64,000 nt of DNA, from contig OX638156.1 of the NCBI GenBank assembly GCA_951804945.1, forward strand, positions 44,516,001 to 44,580,000. The letters are read 5' to 3'. This document shows, piece after piece, positions 59,807 to 64,000 of this stretch (positions are counted from its first letter, which is position 1; each line of letters begins with the position of its first letter). Origin of the DNA: Podarcis cretensis. Its lineage: Eukaryota. The notes under the pieces were generated by a model, which saw only the letters and a list, made by a program, of their open reading frames with translations, was not told where the DNA came from and did not search any database. The translations under genes and the position numbers were made by a program.

Positions 59807-62780
59807 TGTTGTTTTTAATTTGGCTATTCTGCCCCATCACCCACATAGATGTAAATCTTGCCAGGTTCTTAATTAAGTACACAAAAGTACATAATGCTTA
59901 TGCAATAATACTTTGTTGCTTTGTTGTTGTTTTTCTAAACACATACATAAATGTTGGTGTTGCTAAAAGTGTCATTCACTTTAGGTTTGGCTGTGACCCA
60001 GTTGTGGGTCCTGATCCAACACTTGAATACCAATTCCAAAATGATCATTTGAAAAGTATTTACTTTTAAACTCAGAAACTAGTCATTGCAGCGTTCCTTT
60101 TCCTTTCTTACATGCAAAAGAAAAAAAACAGTATTTTATGAACAAAAAGCGTTATGCTTAAGGGATAGGTAGAAGATCTCTAAATGGAATTCATAACTGA
60201 GATTCTTGAAAAGCTTTAACAGTAAATATATAAGATGCAAAATCTTGGTGAAGAAGCAGATTACAATATAATGCCTACATGCTGAAAGGCCACGTGACAT
60301 TTTTCCAAGATTCCCCCATGTAATATTGATAGAAAAGTACAGCATTATTACTCAGAAACAGTATTTGTGTTTTCTTTAATGGAAACTTTTATTCTCCCAT
60401 TGATTGCGTTGACATAATTTGAATTATTGGAAAACATTTACAGTATTCATTTTTGACATGGGGCACCTTGCAGGTAAAAAGGGATGGAAGCATCCCAGAC
60501 AAGTGGACTTCTCTCTCATATCCTATTGGAGGGAGGAATATACCTTCATCTCAAGATCTGGGATTCATGCATCTCTTAGCTAGGGTGTTGCAAGGTAGCT
60601 GAAATTAACCCATCACAGGAAGCAATATTTAACTGTATAGTTTTCCCATCAGAGGCTGCTATCACACAAGGGGTTTATTGTGTTAGTTTAACTAATTATA
60701 AGGCCAGCGCTTCTGACCTTTTCCCTGACATTCCTTTCACACTGCACATGCCTGTTCCATCAAATCTCAACCGCTATATCACCATGTTGTAGTAAATGCC
60801 ATTCATGCATGTCATTCCTCCATACTGCCCTTCTTCCTCTACCTTCTACCATTCTTCTAAGCTTTACCTTTTCAGCATGATTTTCTGTGCTGAATTACAG
60901 GCAGAAACGAAAAAGGTGTGAGCCTTGAAACAGGCAGGGAGCACAGTGCATGCTGGTATGGTGCCTTGTGGCTCATCACATGAGCAGCTGTGGCATGCAC
61001 GCATACAAACTGGGGAAATTTCTGCACAAAACTTGTGATTTTTCACAGAAAAATGACATACTTAAAAGCACCTCCATGCAATCAATTCAGTGTATTGAGC
61101 TGGTGATATATTCACAACAACAAAAATATGTGTGCTATCAAAGTCACAAGTATAGCTTGCTATTTTAGATCTATGTGCAGATTAAAACAAAAACATAGGA
61201 TTTCAATGCAGCAAAGCACTTCCAAATTCTGCTTTTCAAACTAAATCTTCTACCACACCCAAACTGACCTACACAAACCTTATGTAAGTGTCCAATAAAC
61301 AGTGAAAATGCACACTGCAATCTTCTTAGAAATGGTGTTGAAAACATTTTATAAATGGCTTAGTCCAATGAATCATTAAGTATGACTGTGTTTACTACAA
61401 CATATATTTGTATTTATTCAGCTAAGAACTTCAGCTACTATGCAAAGTAAATCAAATGGTCACTTGATCCATTCTAACCCACCCATCCTGACCCCCACAT
61501 GCCTGAACACTGCTGGCAATGGGGTGGAGAACTGGCTCATGGTTAGCATGCAACAGTCAGCATCTTCAGACAGATGCTGGAACAAAAGTGCTCCAACAAA
61601 ACCCACCACTGTTGCCTGCCTTGCTCCTCCCACCAATGCCATGACATTCTGGATCATTGTGGTGAATTGAAATGGTACCTCTTCCACTGGGGTTTGGGAG
61701 CTGCCATTCTAATTAAACTTCCTCAGAGACAGATGACATGGAAAAAACCTCTTACAGTACCATAAAACACAAAGCTGAGTTGTAAGAAAATGGTACTCTG
61801 TCTGGGAAATTAAAATGGTGGACAGGTCCCAGTTCTACATGCCAAACTCTATTATAGTGTCACTATATTATAGTGCCATTGCCTATTGCCGCTGCGTAAA
61901 CCAACGTGGGGGGTGGGGGGCGAGCTGACTAGGAAAGGACCTGCTAGCTAGAAGGACTTTCACTGAATGCTCCATCGCATATAGGGTGGAGAAATGGTCA
62001 TTACTAAATATATCAAACGGGTTTTAAAAAAAATACTCTAGGCAACCCACAAAAACAGCTGCACATTTATTATAGGAAACTAATCATAAGGAATCAGGTT
62101 GTTGAAATAACAAATGAGCTCACAATTGCTTTGCTTCAGATAACTCCCATATGCTTTTTAGCTATCTGTGGAAAAACAACTTATCCTCCCCTCTTCAAGA
62201 TTACTACATGACATGCAGTTTGTTTATTTTCAGTCCACTGAGGAGCTGGCCCAATCATGAACATGAATGGGGATCACAGCAAAAATGGGGTGGGTAGAAG
62301 AATAGAAATGTTTATCATTAGGAGGATATGCAAATGTACTTCATGGTCTCCTTGACGACCTTACAATCCACTTGGAAGAGTTGTATATTTTCACATGGGA
62401 CTAAATGTATATGCAGGAGGAAAATAATAATAATCATGCAATCTGTGGAGGGGAAAAAGTTGCAAGCATAACATCCCCCACCTCTTCTGCCTGCATCAGC
62501 CAGAGCAAGACTCGCTAACATTTCCCCATGGACTTCAATCCATAAATGTAATATTAGTCACTGAAGGGCCAGAAACCATATTGACTCATTTTTTAAATGA
62601 GTTACATTCAAGATACACTTTTGAATTCTGGAAGTTGAAGGAGCTTGCTTTAAATCTTGACCCCATGTAGTGTGTGTTGCCACAATGGAAACACTCACAG
62701 TTTAATGTTATTTTGGAGACTTGTCCGAAGAAAGGACAATGAACAGACCTCTTGTGGAGAGGTGGTGGTTGTCTTGGTCC

Positions 62781-62848
<68 letters not shown>
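62781..62848. repeat. (AG)n microsatellite, ~68 bp, with one interruption
   Basis: Seen directly in the sequence. Confidence 0.95.
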
Positions 62849-62852
<4 letters not shown>

Positions 62853-63394
62853 CGCATCTACCCCACAGATGTGATCTGAAAGTGTGGTGAGAGAAGGCAC
62901 AAGTCTCTCTCATACCGCTTGCTAAAGTGGCTAGAGGAAATACAGGAAATCATGGGAGTAAACAAATAATGGATTTTTATGTGAGAAGAGTAGATTGCAT
63001 GCATTATCCAGCAGCAAACACTGGAGGTGTGTGTAGGGGGGAGGGGAGAGAGTTTGCAATGGTTCAGGGGGGGAAACACTGCACAGGCTCAGAGGCAACT
63101 TTCTTCTTCTTAAGAAATCTGTGCCATGGACATTCTGGCTGATCTAGGAGTAGCTAAGGAATGCTTAATTATTAGTAAACATGCATAAGATTGTCTAGTA
63201 ACAAAATACATATGGACAGAACTGGAGTTGAGAGAGGTTCTTTTAAGGGAGTATAAAACTGGAAAATGAAGCCTCAGAAGCATTTGCTGCTAGACATTAT
63301 TCACTTAACATATGATTTTACAGCTGTTCATCATTATCTAGAACTAAAAGTGAGAACAAATGTATATCAGTTACACTGTACATAATACTGCCTA

Positions 63395-63685
63395 AAAAGA
63401 GAAACTTCTGAGGTCCCAGAATAGGAAAAAAGTTGTAACAAAGGGAATTAGCCAAAATCATGGAGGAAGAGGCTATTGAATACTAGTAATGATGGCTATA
63501 TTTTACCTCAGGTTTCCAAGGTGGCATGCCAGTTAATATCACTCGCTGTGGATCATGCCAGAGACTGCTATTGCTTTCATGTCCTGCCTGTGGGCTTCTG
63601 ATGGACCTGTGGCTGGACAGTGTAAGAAGAGAATGCTAGACTAGATAGACCTTTGATGTTATCCAGCAGGTCTCTTCTTCTGTTA
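63395..63685 (+). mobile_element. CR1 LINE 3' end, degraded
   Basis: AAATCATGGAGGAAGAGGCTAT...CTAGTAATGATGGCTAT...GAATGCTAGACTAGATAGACCTTTG...ATCCAGCAGGTCTCTTCTT. Confidence 0.75.
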
Positions 63686-63933
63686 TTTTATTTTACAGCA
63701 TCAGCATCTTAGCAAGCAGGGCTGTTGTCTTCTAATTTTATTTGTTTATTTTAGAATGCTTTGCAGTGTAAGAGCCATGGAAACCCCTTCACCCTGAGAT
63801 CAGCAGACATGACTCTGCTCATGAGATCCTCTATTTATTGAAATCAAGTGGAATGTAACCTAGTGCAGAACAGGGATTTCTCCACCATGGAACTCATTGC
63901 ATAGTGATGTCTATCTGGGGACCTCTCTGAAAA

Positions 63934-63981
63934 ATTCTGCAGAAACCTGACAGCATTCTGCAGAAACCTGACAGCATTCTG
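63934..63981. repeat. 21-bp tandem duplication
   Basis: ATTCTGCAGAAACCTGACAGC twice, plus a partial third unit ATTCTG. Confidence 0.9.
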
Positions 63982-64000
63982 TAAACTAAACACTCCACAA

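Noticed and set aside
1-64000. Short ORFs in the supplied track as host protein-coding genes
   Set aside because: They are 60-175 aa, many begin at non-ATG codons, overlap repeats or microsatellites, and show no recognisable domains. Only LINE-derived peptides are recognisable.

Overview
This is vertebrate, non-coding, repeat-rich genomic DNA. The SINE/LINE content (Squam3-type tRNA SINEs, a Squam2-type CORE-SINE, a BovB RTE LINE, CR1, L2 and L1 fragments) points to a squamate reptile, probably a lacertid lizard (inference). No host protein-coding exon could be supported: the only ORFs with recognisable protein homology are decayed LINE fragments (BovB RT, CR1 and L1 ORF2 C-termini). The window reads as a large intron or gene desert. 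It contains many short non-autonomous DNA transposons with checkable TIRs and TSDs, several solo-LTR-like units, microsatellites and AT-rich, homeodomain-motif-dense unique blocks that may be conserved enhancers. The most striking object lies at about 4380-5070, inside a DIRS/Ngaro-like or LTR-like repeat. It looks like a self-contained Pol II unit: CCAAT, TATA, pyrimidine initiator, an ENE-like U-rich internal loop, a ~310-nt six-hairpin domain closed by a 19-bp long-range stem, then AATAAA. A near-perfect 28-bp hairpin at 47937-47999 also deserves a look. Repeat family names come from recalled consensus features and need Dfam/Repbase confirmation.
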